Shown here: piece by piece, positions 50,205 through 62,859 of the stretch
Layout: every line of letters begins with the position of its first letter
Numbering within the stretch: position 1 is the stretch's first letter
DNA from: Haliotis rufescens
Lineage: Eukaryota
DNA length: 64,000 nt
Assembly: GCF_023055435.1 (NCBI RefSeq)
Contig: NW_025964386.1
Coordinates: forward strand, 496,001-560,000
Reading direction: 5' to 3'
Made by a program: the position numbers and the translations under genes
The notes under the pieces: model-generated
Database searches by the model: none
The model's input: the letters and a program-made list of their open reading frames with translations, nothing else
Told to the model about the DNA's origin: nothing

Positions 50205-52085
50205 TATGCCTCATAGGACTGTGGCGCAAATAAGGGGAAATGTATGTCTCATAGGGCTGTTGTGTAAACAAGGGGAACGTGTGTTATTCCTCATGGGGCT
50301 GTTATGTAAACAAGGGGAACGTGTGCTATTCCTCGTGGGGCTGTGGTGTAAAACAAGGGGAACGTGTGTTATTCCTCATGTGGCTGTGGTGTAAACAGGG
50401 GCAACGTGTGTTATTCCTAATGGGGCTGTGGTGTAAATAAGCGCAACGTGTGTTATTTCTCGTGGGGTTGTGGTGTAAACATTGGAAACGTGTGCTATTC
50501 CTCGTGCTGCTGTGGTGTAAACAAGGGGAAAATGTGTTATTCTTCATGGGGCCGTGGTGTAAATAAGGGGAACGTGTGTTATTCCTCATGGGGTGGTTGT
50601 GTAAACAAGGGGAACATATGTTATTCCTCGTGGGGTTGTGGCGTGAACAAGGGTAACGTGTGTTATTCCTTTTGGGGCTGTGGTGTAAAAAGGGGGAACG
50701 TGTGTTATTCCTCGTGGGGTTGTGGTGTGAAAAAGGGAAACGTGTGTAATTCCTCGTGGGGCTGTGGGGTAAAGAAGGGAACGTATGTTACATGTATGTC
50801 TCATGGGTTTGCGGAGTAAACAAGGGGAACGTGTGTTTCATGTATGTATCATGGGGTTGTGGAGTAAACAAGGGGAACGTGTGTTACATGTATGTATCAT
50901 GGGGTTGTGCAGTAAACAAGGGGAACGTGTGTTACATGTATGTATCATGGGGTTGTTGAGTAAACAAGGGGAACGTGTGTTACATGTATGTCTCATGGGG
51001 TTTGGGAGTAAACAAGGGGAACGTGGGTTACATGTATATCTGATGGGGTTGTGGAGTAAACAAGTGGAACGTGTGTTACATGTATGTCTCATGGGGTTGT
51101 TGAGTAAACAAGTGGAACGTGTGTTACATGTTTGTATCATGGGGTTGTGGAGTAAACAAGTGGAACGTGTGTTACATGTTTATCTGATGGGGTTGTTGAG
51201 TAAACAAGGGGAACGTGTGTTACATGTATGCCTCATGGGGCTGTTGAGTAAACAAGTGGAACGTGTGTTACATGTATATCTGATGGGGTTGTTGAGTAAA
51301 CAAGGGGAACGTATGTTACATGTATGTATCATGGGGTTGTGCAGTAAACAAGGGGAACGTGTGTTACATGTATGAATCATGGGGTTTTGGAGTAAACAAG
51401 GGGAACGTGGGTTACATGTATATCTGATGGGGTTGTGGAGTAAACAAGTGGAACGTGTGTTACATGTATGTCTGATGGGGTTGTTGAGTAAACAAGTGGA
51501 ACGTGTGTTACATGTTTGTATCATGGGGTTGTGGAGTAAACAAGTGGAACGTGTGTTACATGTTTATCTGATGGGGTTGTTGAGTAAACAAGTGGAACGT
51601 GTGTTACATGTATGCCTCATGGGGCTGTTGAGTAAACAAGTGGAACGTGTGTTACATGTATATCTGATGGGGTTGTTGAGTAAACAAGGGGAACGTATGT
51701 TACATGTATGTCTCATGGGGTTGCGGAGTAAACAAGTGGAACGTGTGTTACATGTTTGTATCATGGGGTTGTGGAGTAAACAAGTGGAACGTGTGTTACA
51801 TGTATATCTGATGGGGTTGTTGAGTAAACAAGTGGAACGTGTGTTACATGTTTGTATCATGGGGTTGTGGAGTAAACAAGTGGAACGTGTGTTACATGTA
51901 TATCTGATGGGGTTGTTGAGTAAACAAGGGGAACGTATGTTACATGTATGTCTCATGGGGTTGCGGAGTAAACAAGTGGAACGTGTGTTACATGTTTGTA
52001 TCATGGGGTTGTGGAGTAAACAAGTGGAACGTGTGTTACATGTATGCCTCATGGGGCTGTTGCGTAAACAGGGGGAACGTATGTT
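50205..52085. repeat. Minisatellite: 42-bp units changing to 48-bp units at ~50780
   Basis: GTAAACAAGGGGAACGTGTGTTA core; 14-aa then 16-aa periodicity in the spurious ORFs. Confidence 0.95.
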
Positions 52086-52092
52086 AAGGGAC

Positions 52093-52470
52093 TGTAACCG
52101 CTTGGGACCCTGGTGTATACGTTACAGGGAATATATCAAATCAGGGAAAACTTCCCATTCAGTTTCCCATTTTTCACAGCAATCGTGTATAAGCCACTGA
52201 CACTGCATCCCATCACAGCAGCTATTATGTTTCTGTGACTGGACTGCTGATAAAACACGTTTCCTGCGCTTCACCATTCGTTCAGCTTGCTGCAATTGTG
52301 CATGATTTGCTTGGTTCCGCTTGAGTACAAAAATCGTACTGGCTAGAGGTCTTCTTGGATGTGGCTGTGGCTTCTAATATCTCGTTTATAATTTCGCCGT
52401 CGTCTTCTTTAGGTATCAAGGCACGTTTGTCCTCATCACAGTGCGTGTACGGGTTATTGTCATGGAGAAC
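52093..52470 (-). pseudogene. Ginger2/KRBA2-SCAND3-like integrase transposon C-terminal relic
   Basis: Hand translation QQAERMVKRR..RNIIAAV..GLYTIAVKNGKLNGKFS matches a recalled motif; TGTAAC terminus-like at 52093. Confidence 0.55.
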
Positions 52471-52666
52471 CTGAGGTGAGACAACTCAACCTCCTGAACG
52501 CCAGACACAATTATGATGTGCAGTGACTTGACCATATCATTATATAGCAAATATCTCCACTAAATGTTCCGAGCATATATGGCAGAAGTCTCTCCTTCTA
52601 CATTGTAAAAATATATAAAATGATAAAATCTGTATTATGGAGATCCCATTACACTGGGAGGTAATC

Positions 52667-54671
52667 TGTCAAAGTGGGGTGTCGGCAAAGTGGGGTGTCG
52701 GCAAAGTAGGGTGTCTGCAAAATAGGGTGTTGGCAAAGTGGGGTGTCGGCAAAGTGGGGTGTCGGCAAAGAAGGGTGTCTGCAAAATGGGGTGTTGGCAA
52801 AGGGGGGTGTCTGCAAAGTGGGGTGTCGGCAAAGTGGGGTGACGGCAAAGGGGGGTGTCTGCAAAGTGGGGTGTCGGCAAAGTGGGGTGACGGCAAAGTT
52901 GGGTGCCTGCAAAGTGGGGTGTCTGTAAAATGGGGTGTCTGCAAAGTGGGGTGCCTGCAAAATGGGATGTCTTCAAAGTAGGGTGTCTGCAAAATGGGGT
53001 GTCTGCAAAGAAGGGTGTCTGCAAAATAGGGTGTCTGCAAATTTGGGTGCCTGCAAAATGGGATGTCTGCAAAGGAGGGTGTCTGCAAAATGGGGTGTCT
53101 GCAAAGTGTGGTGTCTGCAAAGTGTGGTGTCTGCAAAGTGGAGTGTCTGCAAAGTGGGGTGTCGGCAAAGTGGGATGTCGGCAAAGTGTGGTGTCTGCAA
53201 AGTGGAGTGTCTGCAAAGTTGGGGTGTCGGCAAAATGGGATGTCGGCAAAGTTGGGTGTTGGCAAAGTAGGGTGTCGGCAAAGTTGGGTGTCTGCAAAGA
53301 AGGGTGTCTGCAAAATAGGGTGTCTGCAAATTTTGGTGCCTGCAAAATGGGATGTCTGCAAAGGAGGGTGTCTGCAAAATGGGGTGTCTGCAAAGTGTGG
53401 TGTCTGCAAAGTGGGGTGTCTGCAAAATGGAGTGTCTGCAAAGTGGGGTGTCGGCAAAGTGGGATGTCGGCAAAGTTGGGTGTTGGCAAAGTAGGGTGTC
53501 GGCAAAGTTGGGTGTCGGCAAAGTAGTGTGTCTGCAAAGTGTGGTGTCTGCAAAGTGGGGTGTCTGCAAAGTGGAGCGTCTGCAAAGTGGGGTGTCGGCA
53601 AAGTGGGGTGTCTGCAAAGTGGGGTGTCGGCAAAGTGGGGTGTCTGCAAAGTGGGGTGTCGGCAAAGTGGAGTGTCTGCAAAGTGGGGTGTCTGCAAAGT
53701 GGAGTGTCTGCAAAGTGGGGTGTCGGCAAAGTGGGGTGTCGGCAAAGTGGGATGTCGGCAAAGTTGGGTGTTGGCAAAGTAGTGTGTCTGCAAAATGGGG
53801 TGTCTGCAAAGTGGGGTGTCTGCAAAGTGGGGTGTATGCAAAGTTTGGTGTCGGCAAAGTGGGGTATCGGCAAAGTGGGGTGTCTGCAAAGTTTGGTGTC
53901 GGCAAAGTTGGGTATCGGCTAAGTGGGGTGTCGGTAAAGTGGGGTGTCGGCAAAGTGGAGTGTCTGCAAAGTGGGGTGTCTGCAAAGTGGAGTGTCTGCA
54001 AAGTGGGGTGTCTGCAAAGTGGAGTGTCTGCAAAGTGGGGTGTCGGCAAAGTGGGATGTCGGCAAAGTTGGGTGTTGGCAAAGTAGGGTGTTGGCAAAGT
54101 GTGGTGTCTGCAAAGTGGGGTGTCTGCAAAGTGGAGTGTCTGCAAAGTGGGGTGTCGGCAAAGTGGGATGTCGGCAAAGTAGTGTGTCTGCAAAATGGGG
54201 TGTCTGCAAAGTGGGGTGTCGGCAAAGTGGGGTGTCGGCAAAGTGGGATGTCGGCAAAGTGGGGTGTCTGCAAAGTAGTGTGTCTGCAAAATGGGGTGTC
54301 TGCAAAGTGGGGTGTCTGCAAAGTGGGGTGTATGCAAAGTTTGGTGTCGGCAAAGTGGGGTATCGGCAAAGTGGGGTGTCTGCAAAGTTTAGTGTCGGCA
54401 AAGTTGGGTATCGGCTAAGTGGGGTGTCGGTAAAGTGGGGTGTCGGCAAAGCTGGGTGTCGGCAAAGTGGGGTGTCTGCAAAGTTGGGTGCCTGCAAAGT
54501 GGGGTGTCTGCAAAGTGGGGTGTCTGCAAAGTGGGGTGTCGGCAAAGTTTGGTGTCGGCAAAGTTGGGTGCCTGCAAAGTGGGGTGTCTGCAAAGTGGGG
54601 TGTCGGCAAAGTTGGGTGTCGGCAAAGTTGGGTGCCTGCAAAGTGGGGTGTCTGCAAAGTTGGGTAGAACC
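52667..54671. repeat. 16-bp G-rich tandem array (GCAAAGTGGGGTGTC[G/T]), ~125 units, ending GGGTAGAACC
   Basis: Direct tandem repetition. Confidence 0.95.
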
Positions 54672-55082
54672 AAGGAGACAGTCACGCCTATACGATATGG
54701 AATTTTTACGGTAGGGACACATTCTGAACCAAGATATTGCCAAGATATTGTCACCCCCTACTGGTGCCGTCAACGTCATGTTTGCAGTACATCAAGGTTA
54801 GAAATGTTCTCCAGTAACCTGTGTTGTTTATACGAGGCGACTTAATGGATCGGGTGACTGATCAGTGACTTAGAATTGTTGTTAGCCCGACACCGTACCT
54901 CTGTGTCGTGGGCGTGCTGAGCCAAGACATAAACCATCAACCTACCCCACTGCCCCAACGAATATTTTAAGTATGTGACAATACGTTATACAGAGTTGGC
55001 ATCTTAGCCAGGGTGGCGTGGACGTGGGCTCGAATCCCACATTCGCCTTGACGATGATCCTTGGACTGCTATACCACATTAC

Positions 55083-55240
55083 AGGGGAGGTGGCGTAGCT
55101 TTGTGGATAAAGTGCTCACGCAGAAGGCTCGGGTTCGATTCTCAACACGGGTACTATATGGGATGCCCATTGCCTGTGTTTCCCATCCTGCTATTGCTGG
55201 AATATTGTTAAAAGCTAGTTAAAGCCAAACACACTCACTC
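55083..55240 (+). mobile_element. tRNA-derived SINE family B, diverged copy
   Basis: A/B boxes (GGTTCGATTC), homology to 60994-61163, CCACATTA on both flanks. Confidence 0.8.
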
Positions 55241-55732
55241 CCACATTAAACTGGAACGCCGTAACATACTGCAATAATTGTCAAAGCAAAAGTAACCCAA
55301 CTCACTCACCAGTTTCATTTTGCTAACTTTTGTTCACGCGTTTTGAAACTAGATGCCGAAGCGTTCTGATAATCCGCACAAGAAAGCCAGGTAGGAGAAA
55401 TGTTGCTTTTAACATTATCATCATATTTACAGCTCAGAACGGTGGTTGAATCAAACCAGCGTAATGAACACCTTACATGAGGACTATTTCTCCAGAAGAG
55501 ACAATTAATGTATAAAGTCATCATTGAGATTGAAATAATGTATTTGAAATGAAACTTATCAACAGCCACTGTTCAAGCGCCCAATTCACACGGCTGCAGT
55601 ATGACAAGAAAACCATGACATTTCGGGGGAGGAGGGGAGGGGTATTTGCTAGACAGGTATATACATAATAAACACTTGTCGTGAATTATATGGCAGCATT
55701 CACGATTATAATAGGCAACTACTTCTTCACTC

Positions 55733-56002
55733 ACCCGTGAAGATCCGGGGTAGAATAGCTCTTCAGCAACCCATGCTTGCCGTGAAAAGCGACTATGCTT
55801 GTCGTAAGAGGCGACTAACGGGATTGGGTGGTCAGGCTTGCTGACTTGGTTGATGCATGTTATCCTACCCCAATTGCGTGGATCGATGCTCATGATTTCA
55901 ATCACTGGATTGTCTGGTCCAGATTCAATTAATTACTGACCGCCGTCATAAAGCAGGAATATTGCTGAGTGCGGGGGTTAAACAATAAATAAACAAACAA
56001 AC
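55733..56002 (+). mobile_element. SINE family A, full length
   Basis: TTCTTCACT direct repeat 55723-55731 / 56008-56016; structured head; tail GGAATATTGCTGAGTGCGG..TTAAACAA(CAAA)n. Confidence 0.9.
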
Positions 56003-56407
56003 ACTTTTTCTTCACTATTTAAACAGCAACGATCTTGATACCTTTTTACCCCAGTGTTCTTTTGTCAAAACAGAGGTATTTTTCATAAAGGGCTAATTGA
56101 ATTATATATCAAGAAGTTGAAGAATTTCTGATCGAGGAACCAAAGATCAGTTAACTTTTATATTAGTTACAAACACAGTTCGTTTTTAACATGAACATAA
56201 CATTTACGTAAACGTAACCATAACACGGGCCATATTTCTCCTACCAGTGCCGTAGTATCAACTATGAAACTATGTGTATTGTTAGTTAATTTATTAAACT
56301 CCTTGAAATAACATCAGTCATGGCCGCCGCCGTCATTTGGTAGGAGTATTGCTGGATGCGGCGATAGGCAACAAAGACACACTTATTTTTTAACGACAAT
56401 TGATTAG

Positions 56408-56470
56408 TGGGCGTTGTAACTTGTAGGGCAGGGCATGCTTACCCTTTTCGCGAACACCTGGTGTCATCAC
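56408..56470 (+). mobile_element. Relic of Penelope-like element terminal motif
   Basis: CAGGGCATGCTTACCCTT..GAACACCTGG resembles a recalled molluscan repeat motif. Confidence 0.35.
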
Positions 56471-56869
56471 TGATTATCAGTTATCCTTTATATAATTTTG
56501 AGAACTAATTTGCCTTTTACATCCAATGGAATCTTTTTCAAGACTGGTTATCATCCGACGCCGACGTTTTGAATTTAAACCAAACAGTTGATGAACAATC
56601 TTCCGAAGTGTTGAACGTATGACGAAGTGATTAAAGCGTTCTTATAATACAAAGTACGTCATCATCTCGGCAAGTCTGGGACCGAAGACCGGTCTTACTC
56701 CAATCAATATACAGAAAAAATATATTGTTTAAATAGCAAAGGATTTCATTTCTAGGATGAACAAAACATACACACACGTTACACACTAAAGTATGTACTC
56801 ACTAAGAAACGGACATATGTATCTAGATTGATACTTGTTGCATGTCTGCAAGCCTACGTGAATTCCGTG

Positions 56870-57100
56870 AGAGAATTGGTCTCCGATGTATCATGCTTGT
56901 AAGAATTGTCTAAATTGAGGATCAGGTGGTCACGGCCTGTGACTTGGCTCATTGAGTTTCTTCCTGATCAGATGGTGGGGCCCGAATCGCTGCTCATGCT
57001 TTCAACCACTGGTTTGCCTGGTCCAGACTCGATTAATTACAGGGCGTCGTTATATAGCTGGATTATTGCTGATTGTTGCATTAAACATTCAACTACTCAT
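56870..57100 (+). mobile_element. SINE family A, degenerate
   Basis: CATGCTTGTAAGA..GGTGGTCA..TGACTTGG..CTGGTCCAGACTCGATT..TATAGCTGGATTATTGCTG. Confidence 0.7.
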
Positions 57101-57667
57101 TTATCTGACTGTGGCGTAAGCTTTTTATTCGGGACAACTCACCCCGAGTTGGCGATGAAAGGGAACCGTCTTTCCACCAGAAAATCCACATCTACTGACT
57201 GAGTAATAAATACTGGTATAAAGCATCGGTGATTAAGTAAATCCATGGTGTGTCACCAAGTTATACTGTGAGATCGGAGATCGATGCCCTGTCTCTTGTT
57301 GTTGTTGATGTTGATGATGTTGTTTTGTTGTCGTCGTCGTCGTCGTCTTCATCGTGGGTCTTCTTAAGCCTCACATATACCTGACCACATTTGAGATATA
57401 TATTTCGGGTCGGAATGTCTATCGTCATCTCCGTCGCATCTCATCAACACTTATTATGAAATCTATTATTGGATACAAAGCATGCGAAGTATATTTTATT
57501 TAAATCGATGGCTAATCGCTTCCAGATATAGATATGCCATCAACATCAGAACCGATAGGTATGATTTGCTACGAGAAAATAGTCGTTTCATAGCATAGAA
57601 AAAATTAGTTTCAGCACAACACACTCCGTTTCTGGACGTTCAATCATTACATTCTAAGTCCTACGGT

Positions 57668-58234
57668 TTAGTTTTCCCTGCTCCTCAAAGGCTCTGAGTG
57701 GGATCGAGGTTTGCTGTCTGACGCTCCATACTTCGTCGTTATTGATGGCAGGAACACGTCATTTCCCATGCTCAGTCGAGGTTGGCGTGGAAATGACGAA
57801 GTTCCTAAACACGCCTCGCCCACCGACCATGTCAACCGTTTCCTTGGCGATTCCGAAGGTCCAAGATGCGTTGTCCAGCGCCTCTGTTTTATGTTATCAA
57901 TTGTCGTCTGCTTCCAGCGGCCATTTTGTCCTTCACATGTCGCCTGGTTCCTACTCAGAAAGACGTAAATATGTGTCCCTTTAACCATGACTCGGCGATG
58001 AAACAGCCTTTTCTTTTTGCTGTCTGATAGTTCCGATGTCTTTGTCGAAGTGTCATTATCACTTTCTGAGTGAAAAGTAAGACTGTCGCGACGGATATCA
58101 TTCATTACCTTCTGGAATATCAAAGATCCTTTTGGCAGAGGCGGAAGTCCGTAAGCGTCCCTATAAACACTGTAGGAACCCTGGTTGACAGGGGTGTCAG
58201 AGTCTTGTAGAAGTATAGTTCCTTGTAACACCAT
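57668..58234 (-). CDS. Hypothetical 188-aa protein, single ORF
   Basis: ATG-started non-repetitive ORF, higher GC than flanks; no recognised domain. Confidence 0.45.
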   Translation of the reverse strand: MVLQGTILLQDSDTPVNQGSYSVYRDAYGLPPLPKGSLIFQKVMNDIRRDSLTFHSESDNDTSTKTSELSDSKKKRLFHRRVMVKGTHIYVFLSRNQATCEGQNGRWKQTTIDNIKQRRWTTHLGPSESPRKRLTWSVGEACLGTSSFPRQPRLSMGNDVFLPSITTKYGASDSKPRSHSEPLRSREN

Positions 58235-59069
58235 GATCACCTTTGCGACCCAAACAAATCAACTATTTTTGTTTGTCCACTTTTTCTAACTTTCCTTCCA
58301 ACCAGTTTACTATGCTTCAGTTGTTAGCGAACACAGGCAAAGAACTGAAGTTGAATGAGAATAAATAATGCTGATAAATCAGCAGTCCAACCGTTGCTTG
58401 CAAGTTTATGACTGAAATGGTTTTCCAAGGCGTGTGTTTAATAGTTTATGTTAACGCGTGTGCTTTATCAAATATTCCCTTGAATATATAAATAAGGTCA
58501 AGATGTCGGTCAATGTTGACCTATTTACAATATCAACCTGGTTCAAAGGCGCGTTGTAATTGGCAGATGTCAGTGCAATGTGAGGTCACACAGGGGTCAG
58601 ATCACAAGTCAAGAGGACAATACCCTTTTCATATATCTGCAGAGACATGAAATTTAAACATAGCGGGTTCGTCTCTATGTATTCACCAAGTTGAAAGTTG
58701 GAAGCTGTTTCATGAATGATTGGCTGTGATCCGCAGCTGTAAGCCAAGGTAACAACAGTTTGGGTACTGAGTGAATGAATGTAGTTTTAAGGCGAAGTGA
58801 GCTTTACTACATTTCGGATATCGTGATCGTCTGTAGATATTCTGGACCAGATAAACTGGGTTCAATCTACATTATATAACTTTGGAATGTAAATAATGTC
58901 CGCACTAAAACAACGTAGCAACATTAACGCCACAAAAACGTGAAACCGGGCAGATGCTCTATTCACTAGGCCACGGAGGCGATCATTATCCCAGGAGATC
59001 GTGGATTGGTTTGATATCATGTCGAATTCAGCTGGAACATCTGCACTGTTGTAGGGGACGGATGCTCAG

Positions 59070-59233
59070 TGAGTGATTATGGTTTTACGCCGCTTTTAGC
59101 AAAACTCCAGCAATATCACGGCTGGGGATTTCAGAAATGGGCTTCAGACATTGTCGGGACATTGTCGGGAATCGAACCCGGGTCTTCGGCGTGACGAGCG
59201 AACGCTTTAACCACTAGGCTACGCGACCTCCCC
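59070..59233 (-). mobile_element. tRNA-derived SINE family B
   Basis: Close to 60994-61163; flanked by CGGATGCTCAG / CGGATGCCCAG. Confidence 0.88.
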
Positions 59234-59339
59234 CGGATGCCCAGAATGTGATCTCAGTATGATTGCAATAGCGAGTGCCGTAATAGTCTATTGCATTATA
59301 TTTAGTTGCAATGTTCTCAGTAGTCATAATTTCCCCTAG

Positions 59340-59690
59340 ATAGACCGCGTGGTCTTGTGATAGAGCGCCTGTCTGAAGAGCGGAGGGTCGGTGCTTTGAG
59401 CCCCAGCCGCGTCATACCAACAGATGTTAAACGATGGTTTTTGTTGTTATCCAGCCTTGCGCGCTTCATTAAGGTGTCAAAAAAAGAACTGGTCAACACG
59501 GAGTCCGTATACTGTGTCTGAGTGGGTTTCCATGTTATCCAAGTGGGGCATGGTACATTTATCTCAGTGGGCTTGTACTCTGAAACCGGCATTAGTCGGG
59601 ACAGGTACAATATCACGCACACACGCACGCACGCACGCACACACGTTCGCAAGCAAGCAACCACGCACGCACGCACGCACGCACGCACGC
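59340..59690 (+). mobile_element. tRNA-headed Meta-domain-like SINE family C with (GCAC)n tail
   Basis: GCCGCGTCATACCAAC..GTTAAACGATGGT..CATTAAGG; homologous to 60450-60680. Confidence 0.75.
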
Positions 59691-60449
59691 AGGTATTAAC
59701 GTCGTCGCTATATAAGTGAAACAATCTAAAACGCTACGTGAAACCCCAATCCACCTCCCTTACTCCTAGAAAACTGTTAGACTGGCGATTTCAGTCAACT
59801 TCAGAATAACCAATGATGTCTTCTATTCGGTTTCGTTACAGCCAATTCGTACACGATATTACACATCCGGGGTACTTCCGCAACTCTGCAGTTGGAGAAC
59901 TACTTAAAACACACATCGTTCTCAAAAAGTGTTTTGTATGGAAATGTTCCACGAAAAAGAAACCAAATCACTGACATTGTGAGAAGGTAATTATTTACCT
60001 TGTAACGATTGATTGACAGGTCTTTTGTTCGCTGAGATAGGCTATCAAAACTTCTAGCTAAGTAATTAAACTTGAGTTCAGTGCCAGTTAAGATATATTA
60101 AGCCGTGTCCCGCATTTGGTAAACAAATTTTAAGCGATACGATAAAAAGAAATCGTATGTAAGCTATAAGCATTGGCTGTCTAAGATTTAGATTTGGCTT
60201 TGGAATCAGACCGAATGTCCTGAAAGATTAGGTACATGACCCGAACATGACCCCTAGCAATAGGGGGTGGCTACTGATTGAAATTGAAACAATTTCCATC
60301 TTTGTTGACTGTTGACTTAGATGAACAAATCTTCGTGTGACATGAACGTGTTATATGTTATCCCACTTAATAACAAGATATTTTAGATACCTATCATCTT
60401 AATCCCTATTGTACTAGGGCTTATGTCGATCTGGTGATTTCTAAAAGAG

Positions 60450-60680
60450 AGACCGCACGGAGAGCGGAAGGTCCGAGGTTCGATCCCCAGCCGCGTTAAA
60501 AGATGGTACTTGTTGTTGCCCTGTCTGGCTCGGCATTAAGGGGCTAAAACAAGGACTGGTCGGCTCGGAGTCAGTATACTGTGTCTGAGAGGGGTATTCA
60601 TGTTAAACTGCTCCATGGTATCGCAGTGGGCTAGCACTATAAAATCGGTATTAGTCCGGACTAGTACAATCAGCGACATA
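60450..60680 (+). mobile_element. SINE family C
   Basis: B box GGTTCGATCCC, shared body GGAGTCAGTATACTGTGTCTGAG. Confidence 0.75.
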
Positions 60681-60993
60681 CACGCGTCCATGCCCGAAAG
60701 TATTAAAATCTGCAAAGTTGCAATGTTGAATGATAATGTGTTTATCCTATTTATTAACACGCACACATTATGATTTGTGTGTACACAGTCATTGAAAGTT
60801 TTATCTGAAAATGCAATACGTGTTATAATTAAATAGACCCTGCTGTAAAACATTAATCATATTAACTTTAGTTGCAGAGTTGTTCTTGTACATTATGCCC
60901 TCTGTACATATACAAGTATGTACATCATGAGTATAAGAAAATGAAGACAGTATGATTTGTGGAAATCATGGAGAGACCATGAGTGACCTAAAG

Positions 60994-61163
60994 TGAGTGA
61001 GTGAGTGAGTATGGTTTTACGCCGCTTTTAGCAATATTCCAGCAATATCACGGCGGGGGACACCAGAAATGGGCTTCACACATTGTACCCATGTCGGGAA
61101 TCGAACCCGGGTCTTCGGCGTGACGAGCGAACGCTTTAACCACTAGGCTACCCGACCGCCCCC
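60994..61163 (-). mobile_element. Young tRNA(Asp-like)-derived SINE family B with perfect 13-bp TSD
   Basis: GAGTGACCTAAAG at 60981-60993 and 61164-61176; A box TAGCCTAGTGG, B box GGTTCGATTCC, (ACTC)n tail. Confidence 0.95.
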
Positions 61164-61789
61164 GAGTGACCTAAAGAATCCAATGACATATTATTATTGA
61201 AACATTACTTCCCGTCCCTTCCACCCTCCTCACCTTTCAGAAAAATATGCCCAAGAAACATTTAAGTTTGTTATACAGCCCAACATCATGAACATGCAAA
61301 GGGACAAGAGTGCACAGTTGAAGATGTTAACTTTCTTTGATTATCTCCCTTTGCCTGTATGAATAATGATATATGATATATAAATAAATATGAACTATCT
61401 TTCAAACTGAAAAGGATATTTTATGAGTCAAAGGAGACTCGAGATGTTCTTGTTTGTTTTTATTAATGAATGAATGGACATAAAACAAGCAATGTAGCAG
61501 TGTGTCCATGGTCCAGTTACACTGATCTTGGTGGTATAATTTTTAGTTATGTCAAGTGAAATAATCACTTGCTTTGATCACCGAAGAGGCAATAGCCTTT
61601 ACAGAAAATAGACATTCAGCAGGTGAAGAACAGGACATAAGTTCGTACACACCAGTTGAAAGTTGGTATTATCTTGATGATATATTATAATAGTGGCACT
61701 GCAATGTCAACGCAGACTACGATATGATGTTTATATTACTTAATGACATACTGCAATGTATATATACAGGCTACATGTCATAGAACATA

Positions 61790-62620
61790 ATACTCTGTAC
61801 ACTCATTCATAAATCTTGAGAATTCAAACTCAATGTAGCAGATGTAAAGAAAATCTTTGAAACTTGTTCACGCATTTTGAGGGGAATAACACCTTGTAGC
61901 ATTCTGGCATTCTTAATTCGCTCCATCGCCCTTTCAACATGAATACGTAAGTTTGCAATACTTCTTGTGCTCTACCTGTCTTGCAGCAAATTTAGAGTTC
62001 TTTTTCTTGTTAAGGTGGAATTATAAAATGGATATTTTTGGAGCAAGTAAATCTGGAATCTGAAATCCTTTATCTAACATTTCTCCTTCTCCACTGCCTC
62101 CACCCATTAAGAAATCCACTCTCCTCAGTACTCTGTTTGTTATAAATATTTCCCCCGCAAAGGTTACTCACATATGTTATAACTTCAGATGGACTAATTG
62201 CCACCAAGACCTTCCATGTCTTATGGCGTTTGTAATGAGAGTACATTAGTGTTTTGTTTATCAGGGACTTAGGAGTTCCAGTACACACCTCAGTACAATC
62301 TATAATGATACGTGTGGTTCGGAGCCTTGACTTTAATTACTCTGGCATGTTATGCCTGTTAAGGCCAGGTTTTTTAGGAACCTAAGGCCATAAAATATAT
62401 TTAGTCAATCCAAGAATCCAAGAATTTGAAAATGACAGTTGAAGCAGATACTCTGAATCGCTGTGCCAAGTCCAACACCAAAAAGCCAAGACGTAGTCGC
62501 ATAAGCACCATATACCATATACAATTCATCCTTCAGACTAAGTTTATGTGGTCTTCTTTCTTTGTTTGTATCAGTATCATCAGTACCCTACGGTCATCAA
62601 ACACGGTCAGTCAAACTGTT
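61790..62620 (-). pseudogene. ISL2EU/PIF-Harbinger-like DDE transposase, degenerate
   Basis: DLAQRFRVSASTV, TRIIIDCTEV, YSHYKRHKTWKVLVAISP..ITYVS..GG. Confidence 0.75.
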
Positions 62621-62859
62621 CTTGTCTGGAAGACAAGTGTTAAGCTTTATCTCCGCATCCTAAGGTCATCTACTTTGAGCCAAGGCCCGTGGTCAATTAA
62701 ATGAGAGGCATTTATCATGCTTATCGGTTCATCTGTCATCATTGAAACATAGGACATAGTACATGTACCTGGAAGTCTGCTTGTGCGCTTGCATCTTGTA
62801 CACGTGATGTTTGAAGCCAGCAACTGTGCTGATACCCATTCTACCCTCACGGTCATGCA

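Noticed and set aside
50205-54671. Regularly spaced repeats as a CRISPR array
   Set aside because: Head-to-tail units with no unique spacers, no cas genes, eukaryotic context.
52635-54845. ORFs up to 566 aa in the 16-bp array
   Set aside because: Artefacts of the repeat; the same peptide cycles through all frames.
61090-61163. tRNA-Asp gene (also 59165-59233, 55083-55150)
   Set aside because: Continues into a SINE body and tail, with TSDs; acceptor stem incomplete.
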